A stretch of 64,000 nucleotides of DNA, taken from the NCBI RefSeq assembly GCF_032191835.1, contig NC_083236.1, positions 34,968,001-35,032,000 of the forward strand, in the 5' to 3' direction. This stretch comes from Heteronotia binoei. Its lineage: Eukaryota. The position numbers and the translations under genes are program-made. Shown piece after piece: positions 12,800-25,676 of this stretch (within the stretch, counting starts at the first letter, position 1; every line of letters begins with the position of its first letter). Below the pieces are notes generated by a model. That model saw nothing but the letters and a program-made list of their open reading frames with translations. It made no database searches and was not told where the DNA came from.

Positions 12800-14180
12800 G
12801 TAAAGTGCCCTCCGTCTTAACAAGGAAGCATCAGGGAGAAATATGAGAGATTGGGAAGTTGGCTATTGCTCCTCTGCTGTTGCTTTGCCTCATAATCTGT
12901 AATTGCCCCATATCTTTAATCATGTGGGCACCCCCAGTCAGTCAGGGATCACATAGCAAACAGGTTATAGAATACTTGATTGAATCTGTCAAGATTGGGT
13001 GTGTGTGTGTAATATTTCATGAATAGGTCACCTGGGCAATCCCAGCCAATCAGAAAATGGGATGGCATCACACCGTTAAAATAGTCAATTAAGTCAGGGT
13101 GGATGATAATATCAATTAAACCAAAGAGATGTAATGAGAACAACATAGATTAATAAAGTACTTCTGGGGTTATTAAAAAAATAATTTAAAGTCCAGGACT
13201 TTTTTTTTTACACTATTATAACATTTTGGGGGAAAAGATTAAACTCAGTTCAGCCCTAGTATTTATTCACTCCTTTGTTTATTTACCAAATTTATATGCC
13301 AGCTTTTGTTCGTAAAATGGCAGATAAAATAAATGTAATATCAATAATGTTACCTTGACCGTTTTAGCACAACAGTCTCAACGACAATAAGACAGTATTA
13401 CAGGAAGAAAAAAAAGGCCCTTTCTCAAAAGTATGTCAGAACAAACTCATCTTTTCTAATTTATGGAGCCCTGTCAGGAAGGGGGGGGGGGAGCAGGCAT
13501 GTTTGTAAGAGCATTCCAGAGTTCTAGCCAATAACAGAAACCAGTCTTGTTTCTGTCAAAGCTGGAATAAGAGGCTCTTATGGGGTGATCTTAAATTTCA
13601 GAGGATTTTAACATGAGATAATCCAGACCCAGAACATTTGAGGTTTTAGAGGTTAGGCTGAAAGACAGAGACTGGCCCAAGATCCCCCAGCAAGTCTCCT
13701 TGGCAGAGTAGGGATTCGAACCTGAGTCTTCCAAGATCCTAGTTTGACACTCCGGCCAGTACACCACATTATATCTTTATAGAGGCAGTTTTGTGTAGTA
13801 GTGGTTAGGAGTGGTGGACTCTAATCTGGAGAACCAGCTTTAATTCCCCACTCCTCCACATGCAGCTGCAGGGTGACCTTGGGTCAGTCACAGTATTCTC
13901 AGAGCTGTTCTCTCAGATGCAGTTATCTCATAGCTCTCTCAACCCCACCTACCTCACAGGGTGTCTGTTGTAGGGAAAGGAAGGGAAGGAGATTGTAAGC
14001 TGCTCAGAGACTGAGTGAATGATGGGGTATAAATCCAGTCTCCTCCTCCTCCTCCTCTGCTCAGTTCCTCTGCATTCCATCAGTCAAACTTCATTGCTAA
14101 AGCCAAAAGCCATTGCAAAATTTTTCTCTGTACTACTGTCTCCTTTTAACTTTAACTTGGTCTTTGCTTTTAAAATCCAG

Positions 14181-14328
14181 GCATTGAAAACCTTCCAGAC
14201 AATAAGATAGCTTGCTTGATCGGCATTGAAGGGGGTCACTCCCTTGACAACAGTCTTGCAGCCTTGCGGATGTATTACGAACTGGGTGTTCGATACATGG
14301 GGCTAACACACACCTGCAACACTCCCTG
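14181..14328 (+). CDS. DPEP2: DPEP2-like coding exon 4
   Basis: Acceptor atccag|GC; [50 protein letters not shown] (bridging Glu of EGGH; LTHTCNTPW); donor TG|GTAATC. Confidence 0.96.
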
Positions 14329-14949
14329 GTAATCCACACACAAGTGTCCCTTTCCCCTTTCAATGGATAGCTCTGTGATATATTCCTATCCTGTAGGTCT
14401 GCCTGTAATGATGGCAAGTAGAAGGAACTAGCGAGTGGAGAGGACAACCTAGGCCCAGTGACCCAGAAAACATGCAGCAGATCCTTTGTTCAGTCCACAA
14501 ATTGCCAGGATTAGGATGTCTGTTACAGAGGGAAAATTGTATGTGGTGTCAATTGGCTGTGTTTTTCACAGCATCTGGTGGTTGGGGCTCAGACATATAC
14601 TTTATGAAATGCAACTTGCAGTCTTGTATAGCCTCAGTTTGTCGTGGGGCTGTGCCAGGAAGGTTGTTTAACCCTTTAGCCTCCACTCGATTTTACTGTT
14701 TGAGACTGGGTTCCCTGTTTTGTTATTAGCATTTTAACAGCGAAAAGGCATCTTTTTAACAAAACCAGACAGTCCAGTTTCAAATAGCAAAACCAAGTGA
14801 AGGCTGAAGGGAAAAACATCCTCTTCCTTTCCTACAGAGCCTTGAGGTACGTTGAGGCTGCACAAGCTCACACTTGTCATGCAGATCTGTCCCTGAGTGC
14901 ATGTCAACCTTAGTCTAAAGTCCCAAGTTCTGGATCCGCTTTACTCCAA

Positions 14950-15236
14950 GGTCGTTTTTGCACTCACCTCCAGCCGGCGCGACACCCCTCTTCACTGCGC
15001 AGGATCTGCGCGGATTTCGCACTAAATGCCGCGGAGCAGCCTTTTGCGCCGGAAACTCCCGTTGCAAAAGCCGCGCAAACGGCAAACTGCTTTTTGGCGA
15101 TTTACGTTTGAGCGGCTTTTGCGACGGGAGTTTCCGGCGCAAAAGGCTGCTCCGCGGCATTTAGTGCGAAATCCGCGCAGATCCTGCGCGGTGAAGAGGG
15201 GGGTCGTGCCGGCTGGAGGTGAGTGCGAAAACGACC
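14950..15236. mobile_element. Palindromic MITE, PIF/Harbinger-like
   Basis: ~132-bp arms (14950-15081 / 15105-15236), termini ggtcgttt...aaacgacc, 3-bp TSD caa on both sides, CpG-rich. Confidence 0.88.
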
Positions 15237-15852
15237 CAAGTGTTATTGAGTTGGGTGGACAAGATAGCGGTCTCCAGGATTTTCTCTTGCACATGGTTTT
15301 TGTGGTTGCTCAGGATGTGGTAGTTTGAAGGATTGCCCTGTAGTATAAACTGAATGCCCTCTTTTGCACTTCATCCAGCCCTCATGAATTCAGAGTACTG
15401 AAAATTCTACGCATTTCTAAGACCTTACAGTGTTCTGAATGTTTCACATCATGTATCTTCTTTTTGTAATCTTTGCTACAGCCTTGAAAGGTAGGCCAGT
15501 ATTACTATCTCCCCATAACCCAGATGGGAGCTGAGACTGAGACAGAATGGCTTGCTTAAGGCCACTAAATGAGTATGTAGTGGAGGTGATATCTGAATGA
15601 TCATCAGGAATTCCTTTAGCAACTACAGCAGATCACAGGGCATTCCTTTAGCAATTGTACCAGTTAATCAGCTGTACTGGTTTGGGCTTGCATGTGAACA
15701 TTAGGCTGCATCACGGAAATGCTGCTTCTTTAGAATTCAATTGCGTGTTTTCCTGTAAACGGTGCTTTATTTTGGAATGCTCTGCTGTTAATTATATATA
15801 TCTCTTAAAAGCTCCCCTGAGAACATTTCCTGTCTTTTGGTTTCCTCTTTAG

Positions 15853-15922
15853 GGCAGAAACATCATCAAAGGAAGTACACAACTTCTACCCTCGCACAAA
15901 AGGATTGACCGCTTTTGGCAAA
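15853..15922 (+). CDS. DPEP2: DPEP2-like coding exon 5
   Basis: Acceptor ctctttag|G; (W)AETSSKEVHNFYPRTKGLTAFGK; 70 nt; donor AAA|GTAAGA. Confidence 0.93.
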
Positions 15923-16138
15923 GTAAGACAAGTTTTTGAGGAACAGTTTGCCACACTTCTTATAACATTCGTCCCGAAATCTTTAAGCATGGCTGGCCTT
16001 CTAAGAGGAGGAGGAGGAGATGCAGGAAATTTATCCCCCCATAGTAATTGGGCTCCTTTACAGTATATTCCTGATATGTTGGAGTACTCTCAGTAGGTGT
16101 TGCCTCTTTCCATTTTATTCTCACACCGTCCCTGTGGA

Positions 16139-16504
16139 CAGGGCAAGATTAACAATTAGGCCAAGTAGGCACTGGCCTATGAGCCCCATGCCTTTAGGGG
16201 CCCCGAGCCAGCTTTCCCACCCTGGTTTTCTTCCTGCTTGTGGCCCTCCCAGCCTGCATGCGCAGCCAGCAATTGCTCTTTACCCAACTTGCCTGGTGCA
16301 GCTGCTGCTGGTGTCATCGCCAAGTTTGCCTCTCTCTGCCTCTCCCCTTCAGCTTTGTCAAAGGGGCTCTTGAGAAGGTGCCTGCAGGCTGCAGCAGGGG
16401 CTGTGGGTGGCAGGGCAGGCACTCCAACTCTGTGATAATTTGCAAGCCCCCCCCCCCGGGATTTTGACTGCCTAGAGGCCTCCACAGGGTTTACTCCAGC
16501 ACTG
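16139..16504 (+). mobile_element. Non-autonomous hAT element; inverted sister copy at ~46150-46500
   Basis: Termini cagggcaagattaac / gtttactccagcactg; TSD cctgtgga/cctgggga. The reverse-complement body is recognisable at 46150-46500. Confidence 0.72.
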
Positions 16505-16934
16505 CCTGGGGAGTAGATTAGTATGAAGGCGAGTGACTAGCCCAAGGATGCCCAGCAAGCTTCCATAGCAGAATGGAGATTTGAACCCTGGTCTCTCCTT
16601 TCCTAGCAGAATCCTGTAACTACTACATCAAGTTGGCTATGATTTTTCATGTACAGAATCTAATATACCATATGCTCCTCCAATTGCAAATGGAAACAAC
16701 TCTGTCTACAAAGCCCTGCAGTCATACTTTTTCTGTATCACACTTTAACTCCCTTTCCCATTTAAAAATTTCTTGCTTCCTAATATCCCTCCAGCAATTT
16801 AAGAATTAGATCACTTCCACTGAGTTTCACATGGAGTTCTTTGCTGCACTTTTCCTCCCCAGCCACAAACATAGCCACCTTCAAGAGGGGGTTAGATAAA
16901 AATATGTGTGTGTGTGTGTGTATAATTTTTTTTG

Positions 16935-17010
16935 GGCCACTGTGTGACACAGAGTGTTGGACTGGATGGGCCATTGGCCTGATCTAACAAGGCTTTTCTT
17001 ATGTTCTTTT
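16935..17010 (+). mobile_element. CR1-type LINE 3' terminal fragment (second copy ~50620-50695)
   Basis: ggccactgtgtgacacagagtgttggactggatgggccattggcctgatc...cttatgtt occurs twice with near identity; family assigned from recalled CR1 3' UTR similarity. Confidence 0.6.
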
Positions 17011-17891
17011 GGGAGCTTCTTCACTGTCATTCAGTTGTCCCCCTTCTGCCTTTTGCACAGCTCCAGTGTGACTTTTCCAAAAGCTGCTTTGGTACAGTCT
17101 TTTCTAAAAGTTTATATCCAAAGTGGGTGTGGGGAAACCCAAAGTGGGTATGGGGGAGGAAACATGTGGGGTTGTGCTCCTCCTTGCACTACCACAGGTG
17201 ACATGTCCCCTGCTGCCTGCAATATATATATGGGGGGAAAGCTCATCTGCCAAACACAATCTTCACCTTGCCCACTTTAGTGAAACACATAGCACACTGG
17301 GGGAACGTGCTCACAGAAGAACCACAGGAGGCACGTTGAAGGGCCACATGTGGGTAGCTCTTGAGCCACCAAATGAGCAGAGATAAAACAGCACAGCAAT
17401 ATTCCTACTTTTGTTTTTGTTTGTTCCTTCAAGTCACAGCTGACGTATGGCAAACCTGTAGTGTTTTCAAGGCAAGAAAGCTTCAGAAGTGGTTTGCCAG
17501 TAAAACACAAAACAAAAACACAGCTAAAAGCTTCCTAAAGGTGGGGGGCAAGCAGTAACAGGCAAAAGGGGGGAAAGCAGAGGGTTGCCTTGTGCGGTGG
17601 CTCCCAAGTCGTTCCATGCCAACGAGACCAAAATGGCAAGTTGCCCATCTCGTGAGGAAGTGGTCTTACATATACTGCAAAGGGTTTACTAGGCACTGTT
17701 CAATTACATGACATAGTTCATGGTCAAAGAGTTTCCAGCCAATATCAGGGGGACAAGGCAGGGATGGGGGGGAGAGAGAGAATGATCCTGTTCATTGAAG
17801 GATGAGCAAGCGGTGTTCCAGATCCCTCATCCGGGCTAACCATTTGAGTTACATGCTCCGCTAGTAGAGCAGTATGTCTGTTTTGTGCCAG

Positions 17892-18068
17892 GAAGTGGTG
17901 AAGGAGATGAATCGCCTGGGGATGATAATTGACCTATCGCACACTTCGGATGCGACAGCCAGGGCAGCCCTCAAAGCCTCCAAAGCACCGGTCATTTTCA
18001 GCCATTCCTCTGCCTTCTCCGTCTGCAGCAATTCACGCAATGTTCCTGATGATATTCTACAACATCTG
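17892..18068 (+). CDS. DPEP2: DPEP2-like coding exon 6
   Basis: Acceptor tgccag|GAA; [20 protein letters not shown]...PVIFSHSS...[15 protein letters not shown] (two His metal ligands, substrate Arg); donor CTG|GTAAGC. Confidence 0.97.
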
Positions 18069-19608
18069 GTAAGCAAAGTGTATCTCTGGGACTATCCACC
18101 CTGGGGCCATTTTGTGTTGCCGAAGGATTACAGGTCTTCAGTCACTAGGAAGTGGAATTAGAGCGAATGGTTCCACACCATGCCTTATACAAAATGTTTC
18201 GTCCCTATTCAAATTCACCAACCACAGATAATAGCAGTCCATCAATCTTTATTAAGGCCCACAAGCTATACAGAAGCAGAACAAAGAACAATACATACAT
18301 CTCTAAAATTATAGCTCTATAATATTATATACAACCTAGTTTGTCAGACAATGAGAAGGGTTAAGAGGTTAGAGTAAATTGTACACAAGACATTATCTCA
18401 TAGCAGAGGGGAGAAATTTACCCACTCATAAAGTAATTCTCTGGCCAAAAAAAACATTAATAGTGAGATGCCAATTAATTGTACTCAGGAGTCCTATTTT
18501 GAGTAGTAGAACCGATCTGAATTGGTTCTTTTCTGTCTCCAAAGGAATTAAAACTGATCATTCATTCATAACATTCTGGCCTTCTCCTCTCCCATGCTGA
18601 GTCTTACGTAGATAAAATTTATAATTTCCAACTGTTTCATGCTGACTGCCCCCCCACACACACACACACTGATTAAAGTTGCCAACTTGCAGGTGGTGCC
18701 TTGAGATCTCCTGGGATTATAACTGATCTCTGGGCAACAGGGATCAGTTCACTGAGAGCAAATGGCCACTTTGGATAGTGGACTCTATGGCATTATACCC
18801 TTCTGAGGTCCCTCCCCTCCAATGTTCCCTCTAAGCTGCAGAATCTTGTGAGCAAAAACCCTACTTTGTGAGCTACTGACATTAAAGTTGTGAGCTACTG
18901 TATAAAATTAGTGTGCTCTGGGGTCATCCTTCCTGAGCTAAGACAAAAATCTGAGAGCTGAAGGCTAAAAATCTGGCAAGCTAGCTTACACTAACTCAGC
19001 TTAGAGGGAACACTGCTCCCCTCCCCAGATTCCAACCCCCCCCCCCAAATTTCCAGATATTCCCCCAAGCAGCAGTTGGCAATCTACCACACTTGCTCAA
19101 TACAGGCGTTAAAGCACACTCATCACCTGCTGTGAGCTGCCTCCTGTCCCCACAGAAGTCACACTCAGAATTTACTGGCTGAATTCTGTGGGCCTGTTCC
19201 ACTAGCCAAGGTGCCTTCCTCTGACTCAAAGGAAACTTCCATTAGTGGGACAGATCCTTGGGATCCAGCCTATGATTTCCTATGATTGTTTGCTCTTTAA
19301 AAAAAGAAAAAGAAGAAGAGATGACGACATCAGCACTATCTCATGCCTCAACTGAACAAAATGATACGCTATCCCCTTCTTAAGGTAATGGTTCTTCTCT
19401 GTGGAAAACTTCCTGTCTCGTTCCACTTGCACATTTGTTTGCAAGGCCCTAAATATACCTTATATTGTCTTTGATCAAGCTGATTGCTACGTCTGGAACT
19501 TCGCCATTTGGAACATCACTATCTATTGCTATTGCTGTACCTATTGCGGATGCATTTTCAGAGGATGCTGAACAACCATTACATTTCATTATGTCCTCTT
19601 TTTTAAAG

Positions 19609-19696
19609 AAAAAGAATAAAGGAATTATCATGGTGTCGTTCGCAACTACAATGTTGGCCTGCGGTGAGGAAACTGTGACCATTTCAACAGTGGCAG
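19609..19696 (+). CDS. DPEP2: DPEP2-like coding exon 7
   Basis: Acceptor ttttttaaag|AAA; KKNKGIIMVSFATTMLACGEETVTISTVA; donor G|GTCTGT, phase 1. Confidence 0.9.
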
Positions 19697-19894
19697 GTCT
19701 GTAGATACTGTTTTGGACTGTTCCTTTCTGTAACATCTCTCTAAGTGCTTGGGACGAAAGCAAGAAAGCAATTACTTATGTCTGCTTCCTTTAAGCAGGA
19801 GAAAAGGTAACATTTCATAGGATTCTTGATCTTATCAGCAACATTTCTAAAGTGTGCTGTCTTTTGAGTACTGTGGCAGTGATGAAAAGTGTCC

Positions 19895-20089
19895 TCAAGT
19901 CACAGCTGACTTACAGTGACTCTGTAGGGTTTTCAAGACAAGAGACATTCGGAGGCGGTTCGCCATTGCCTGGGCTCTGCATCGCAACCTTGATATTCCT
20001 TGCAGGCCTCCCATTCAAATACTATCCAGCATTGATCCTGCTTAGCTTCTGTGATCTGACAAGATTGATCCAGCCTAGGCTATCCAGAT
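19895..20089 (-). mobile_element. 5S rRNA-derived SINE (5S-Sauria-like)
   Basis: Minus strand reads gatcaatcttgtcagatcacagaagctaagcagg...gtatttgaatgggag (5S A/C boxes), then the ggcaatggc...ccacctc...ttgaaaaccct tail. Confidence 0.75.
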
Positions 20090-20769
20090 CAGGGCTTTGA
20101 ATACTATAAGCAGGCCTTGAATTCAGCAGGAGCTCACAGGAGCGCAGCTCCTGAACTTTTCTGAGGGTTCCCCCTCCTCCTCCCCACCTACCTTGTCCAT
20201 TGTATAGTAGGTGCAGCTGCATAACAATCCCTGGATTAGGAGAGTGGGCAGCCAGCCAGCCACCAGGGGCTTTGCCACGCCCCCAGCAGCCCTCATTAAC
20301 CTCTGGAGAAGCCCACACCACCCTTTCTCCACTTCTTTTGTGATTTTGGGCAGCGGGTGGCTTGCTGGCCACCTTTTGACTGGGGGAGGGCTGGCTAAGG
20401 AGAATCCCAGGTGAGCAAGGCCTGCTTGAGCTGGCTGGATCTCTAGTCAGCCCATGCAGGCCTCACTCACCTGGAGCTTTCCTTTCTTGCATTGGGTTGC
20501 TTTTGGCTGGTGGAGGTGGTGGCATATGCTAATGAGTTATGCTGATGAGCTCCACCACGTATTTTTCTACAAAATGACCCCTGACTGTAAGCAATGTAAT
20601 TGTCATCATCTGGTTGCTAGAGTTGCATTTTCAGCTATGATCATTTAAGATGGGTTGCATTAGGGTTGCCAGGCGTGTGCCTGGAATCTCTAGGAGACTT
20701 TGGAGGCAGGGGACAGGGAAAAGATTTTGATGCATGAACATAATTTCCAGGTAAAACCTGGGAGTGACA

Positions 20770-21035
20770 TCAGTGCTGCAGTTGGCACAGATTGTGAAAC
20801 AGCCTAGAGTGCTGACTGGAGTGGGTCATAGGAACTGTATCACTTCAGTCTTGTTTCATCTACACTGGTTTTCAATTTGCTTCCGAGCTCAATTCAAGGT
20901 ACTGGTATTGACTTTTAAAGCCCTGTACAGCCTGGAACCCATATACCTTGTTCAGATGTTTTGATATTTTTATATGGCACCTTGGGGACCCTGATCACGT
21001 AGAAAGATGTCATTAAAATGTTTTAAATAAAATAA
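20770..21035 (+). mobile_element. L2 LINE 3' fragment
   Basis: Translation ...ITSVLFHLHWFSICFRAQFKVLVLTFKALYSL matches the L2 ORF2 C-terminus (LHWLP..R.QFK.L.LT.KAL); A/T-rich tail. Confidence 0.88.
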
Positions 21036-21213
21036 GTAAACCACACTATTGCTCTAGGTTTTTGCAGAGACCAGTGAAATCCTAGAAAGTCAGTAATGTC
21101 GCTTCCATGTTGTAGCTGAAATGGATGTCAACAGGGTCTCCCCCACATTTCCCCTCCCCCATGTTCAAGCAGCAGCAGGGACCGGCAGACAATGGAGGGA
21201 GAACACCCACCCT

Positions 21214-21369
21214 CGGGTGGAATTTTGAAGGAGCTCCTTTGCATATTAGGCCACACACCCCGATGTAGTCAATCCTCCGCTGACATTTTTGTAAGCTCTT
21301 GGAGGACTGGCTATATCAGGGATGTGTGGCCTAATATGCAAAGCAGCTCCTGCTAGAATTACACCCCTG
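21214..21369. mobile_element. Palindromic hAT MITE (ctcctttgcatattaggcc family)
   Basis: Self-complementary body; perfect 8-bp TSD cccaccct. Confidence 0.85.
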
Positions 21370-22277
21370 CCCACCCTAGTGGGCTAAATTGGCAACCACA
21401 GCTAGCCATTGATCACCTGTAGCAGTAGAACAAAATAGGAGCCCCATAAAACCTTAACGGCTAAGATAATTTCCTCTGGCATAAACTTTCACGAGTCATC
21501 GCTCACTTCATCAAATGTAAAAATTTTCATTTTTCATTTTCAGCTGTGGCTTGCTTTGCTCTGATGGCCTGCTGCTTCCCCCAGCTGGTCTTGTTCTTCG
21601 GGGCTGAGCATCTATGAACCGTGGCACTGATCCAGTGATAGCAGATGAGGAGTATTAATTAAACAGGCACTCTGGGGGAAATGGCCTAAAATCGAGTAAA
21701 GTTTTTTGTTCATTGAAGCAGTCACAATGTTTTGGCTGCTTTGGCCTCCCTGAATGTTTTGCCATCTACCATTACAGTATGCAGAAACACTGTAAAATGT
21801 GATGTTGCGAAAACATGCTGCTTCTATGGTCTGTGACACAGAACAACTATTAAGCCTGCCACTCACCATGTGACACAGCAGTATCCTACAGCAAACTTCA
21901 CTCCCTGTGATTGGCTGATGGTGTAAGGCAGAGAAACCTGCATGGTAATGATGAATGGCCAGGAATGCAAGAACTCAGTCCAGGATAAAACATTACTGAG
22001 GAAGATTTGAGTCCAGTAGCTCTTTAAAGCCCAACAAGATTTTCAGCGTATAAGCTTTCGAGAGTGAAATCTCCCATCGTCAATCAGTTTTTATGGTCTA
22101 AAATCTTGCTCAACATTACTGGACTGAAATCTTACTCAACGTTACTGGATTGAAATCTTGCTCAATATTACTGAGGTGTTTGTGGGATGTACAATGAACA
22201 AGATTATTGTTTTTAGTAACTGGGTCTCAGATCTGTATCTATTTATTCTTCCAGGTTCTTAATTCAATTATTTAGAT

Positions 22278-22743
22278 CAGGGCTTTTTGGTAGCAGGAAC
22301 TCCTTTGCATATTAGGGCACACACCCCTGATGTAGCCAGTCCTCCAAGAGCTTACAGTAGGCCCTGTAAGAAGAGCCCTGTAAGCTCTTGGAGGATTGGC
22401 TACATCATTAGGTATAGCCTAATATGCTCAAATCAGTCAGTCCTAAAGAAATCAACCATGACTGTTCCCTGGAAGGTCAGATGCTGAAGCTCAAATGCTT
22501 TGGCCACCAAATGAGAAGGGAGCACTCACTGGAGAAGAGCCTGATGCTGGGAAAGACAGAAGGCAAAAGAAGAAGGGGACGGCAAAAGATGAGATGGCTG
22601 GACAGCATTACTGATGTAACAAACACAAATTTGAGCAGACTTTGGAGGATGGTGGAAGACAGGAGGGCCTGGCGTGACTTTGTCCATGGGGTCGCAAAGA
22701 GTCAGACTCGACTGTCTGACTGAACAATAACAAAAAAGTCTTT
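22278..22743. mobile_element. Palindromic hAT MITE interrupted by BovB
   Basis: Left TIR cagggctttttgg; residual right end aaaaaagtcttt; perfect TSD atttagat (22270-22277 / 22744-22751). Confidence 0.82.
22429..22731 (+). mobile_element. BovB (RTE) LINE 3' fragment
   Basis: LEGQMLKLKCFGHQMRREHSLEKSLMLGKTEGKRRRGRQKMRWLDSITD...RRAWRDFVHGVAKSQTRLSD is the BovB ORF C-terminus; ends ctgactgaacaa. Confidence 0.95.
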
Positions 22744-23417
22744 ATTTAGATTAAATTGTTGTCCCCATCCTTCTTTCCTCTCTCAATGAACACGAAAAAC
22801 ATATACATGAGGTATTACTGGTCCAGAAAAAAGTTTTGAAAGCATATGACGTCAGCACAGATAACTTGCACCATTAAATGTTTATTTTCAGCGAAACAAT
22901 CTGAGAATGTGTTTGACGCAGGCCTGACTCTTTTGGTTAGAGCATCAGACTATAATCTGGGAGACCCAGGCTCAAATCCCCACTCTGCCCTGGAAGCTCA
23001 CTGAGCAGCTTTGGGCCAGTCACTGTTGACCAGCCTGACCTCCTTTGCAGGATTGTTGTGAGGATCAAACACAGAAGGGGAGAACGACATTGTAAGCCAC
23101 TTTGGGCCCCTACTGGGGAGAAAATCTGGATATAAATATCTATATAAATGGCATGTGTCAACATAAGTAAAACAAGCAGGGCTTGTTTTGAGCAAGAACG
23201 CACAGGAATGCAGTTGGCTTGGCATTAGGAGGTGTGGCCTAATAAGCAAATGAGTTTCTGCTGGACTTTTTCTACAAAAAAAGCCTTGCGGTGGAAATGT
23301 AGTGCATTGTTGTGCTTCATCAACAAAGAACAGGTTATGGCTATGTCAGTCTTTCTAAGTGGCATTACCCCTTTTTCCTTATTTATGCTTTGCCATTTTT
23401 TCAAAATATGTTTCTAG

Positions 23418-23493
23418 ATCACTTTGACCACATAAAGAACGTTGCAGGTTCGGAATCAATAGGAATTGGCAGTGACTATGAAGGAGCAAGGCA
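23418..23493 (+). CDS. DPEP2: DPEP2-like coding exon 8
   Basis: Acceptor tttctag|AT; [25 protein letters not shown](Q); 76 nt; donor CA|GTTAGT. Confidence 0.95.
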
Positions 23494-23543
23494 GTTAGTA
23501 AACTTTTGTTGTTGTTGGTGGTGGTGGCGGTGGTGGTGATGAT

Positions 23544-23725
23544 CAGGGCTTTTTTGCAGCAGCAGCTCCTTTACATATCAGGCCACACTCCCCCTGATGT
23601 AGCCAATCCTCCTGGAGCTTGCAGTGGGCCCTGTACTAAGAGCCCTGTAAGCTCTTGGAGGATTGGCTACATCAGGGGGGTGCCGCCTAATATGCCAAGG
23701 AATTCCTGCTACAAAGAAAGCCATG
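23544..23725. mobile_element. Palindromic hAT MITE
   Basis: Same family; TSD gtgatgat/atgatgat; starts 50 bp after the exon 8 donor. Confidence 0.85.
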
Positions 23726-24436
23726 ATGATGATGATGATATGAGTTTGCAGAGCAATACATTATGCATCATTTGGGGCTGTTGCTGCAAATGGTATCCCC
23801 AAATCAGGTCCTCTCCTGAAATCTGTAGGATTATTTAGCTCTCGCTATTGCACTTATTGTATTGTGTGTCACCCAACGTTTGCCATTGGCAACAAATGAT
23901 GTGTATACTAGTGAGCACAGGAACTCATGATGAGGTGACACCAATAACTGCCTATATATGCTATGGGGCAGAGATGAGTATTTGACTCAAGGGTGCCACT
24001 TTTGGCAGCAGCAGTGTTTTGAGTGTAATGGGTTGTTCTGTTCTCAGAACATGGAGACTTTCTGAACAAGGAAAACCCTTGTTATTTGGTTAAACATCCA
24101 CATTCTGCCAAGAAGGGCCCTCTGAACCTGCCTGTGACTGAAATCTGTAAACAACGTTAGACTTCCCACACTTCTGTTGCTTTTTCCTTTCTGTTAAAAT
24201 AACAAGTTGCATTGAAACAGTGCAGAAAGTCAGAAATGATGAGCTGTCAGCAAGCCCTGTGCTGCTGAAGTATTGGATTTTTTTTAGTACAAGAAAGTTT
24301 CTGGCCTTCCTGTTGTGAAGTTTCACAGTCAATTGACCCCTGTGAGGATTCTTTGTGTTCCGTCCCCTCCCTGACGGTGCTTTGCCTGACAGGACATGTT
24401 TCATGTTAAGTTATTGCCCAATGTCTTTGTTAACAG

Positions 24437-24572
24437 ATTCCCGGAAGGGCTTGAAGATGTTTCAAAATATCCAGCCTTGATCGAAGAACTGCTGAGGAGA
24501 GGCTGGGAGGATTCAGAACTGCGTGGGGTTTTGAGAGACAACATTCTGCGTGTTTTCAGAGACGTAGAAAAT
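24437..24572 (+). CDS. DPEP2: DPEP2-like coding exon 9
   Basis: Acceptor taacag|A; [45 protein letters not shown]; donor AAT|GTAAGG. Confidence 0.96.
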
Positions 24573-25676
24573 GTAAGGCTTTGAGTTTGTTTCTTTTTTA
24601 GCCCGTTATGTTTCAGATATTTTTTTTCTCAGGAAGAGCGGAATTCATCTAAAGCTTAAAGAGTTGTCCAGTAAGCCCTCATTGTGGAATAAGAGCAGAC
24701 ATTTTCTATTGTGATTTCAGCACCCCATCTCCAATGGAGAGCAGACTGATGCCCCTTGAAATGTCACAGGGCACACTAAAGTTTGCAACCTCCAAGCCAG
24801 TTTGGTGTTGTGGTTCAGTTTGTGGAGTCTTTTCAGGGAGAACCGGGTTTGATTCCCCAATCCTCCACATTCACCTGCTGATGTGACCTTGGGTCAGCCA
24901 CAAGTTCTCTCAAGGCTGTTTTGCTTAAGAACAGTTCTTGAAAGAGCTCTCTCAGCTGCACCTACCCCACAGGGTGCCTGTTGTGGGGAGGAGAAAGGAA
25001 AGGAGATTTGTAAGGTACTCTGAGACTTCTTTGGTTAGCGAAGGGCAGGATATGAATCCAATCTCTTCTTCTTCTTGATAATCAAAAATATACAACCTCA
25101 AAATATTTTGGGCTTTCTGAGTTAATAGCTCCTGACTCTCCAGTCAGTCTAGATGAAGATTGTTATAATAATGCCATTGTTCAAAAATACAATTAGATCA
25201 CCCATGTTCTCCAGCTGACTACTGCTCCAACAACTGTAGCTCAGAGGTAGGGGCTCCTTTGCATGTGGTGGATCTCAGGTTCCATCTTCAGATCTTAGGT
25301 AGCATGATTGGGAAAGATTTCCTGCACCCGAGACTATCATTGTCATTGCCCTGTGTACATGTTGGAGATGTTAGAGAGCGAGCCTCAGCAGTCGAGTGCG
25401 ACGACGCCAGAACCGAGGTGTGGCTCACAAAAGCTCATGTTGAAATAAATGCTGTCCATCTTCAAGGTGCTGCTGTGCTTTGGTTATATACACTAGACAG
25501 TTCATCAAGATGGATGGGCTAGATCAGGGCTCCCCCAGATTTTCATCAAACTTGTGAGCATTTTGGGAATTCTGAGAATGGGGGATAGGTGGACCACAAA
25601 ATGGCTGCCATGGGGGCCAGGGTCAGTCACAAGACATTGGGAGATTCCAAGGCAAGCATTCTCCTATCATGGAGAC

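Noticed and set aside
14915-15328. Near-duplicate ORFs on both strands
   Set aside because: Artefact of the palindromic GC-rich MITE.
22101-22176. CRISPR-like direct repeats
   Set aside because: The units are contiguous without spacers, in a eukaryotic context, and derive from a retroelement end.
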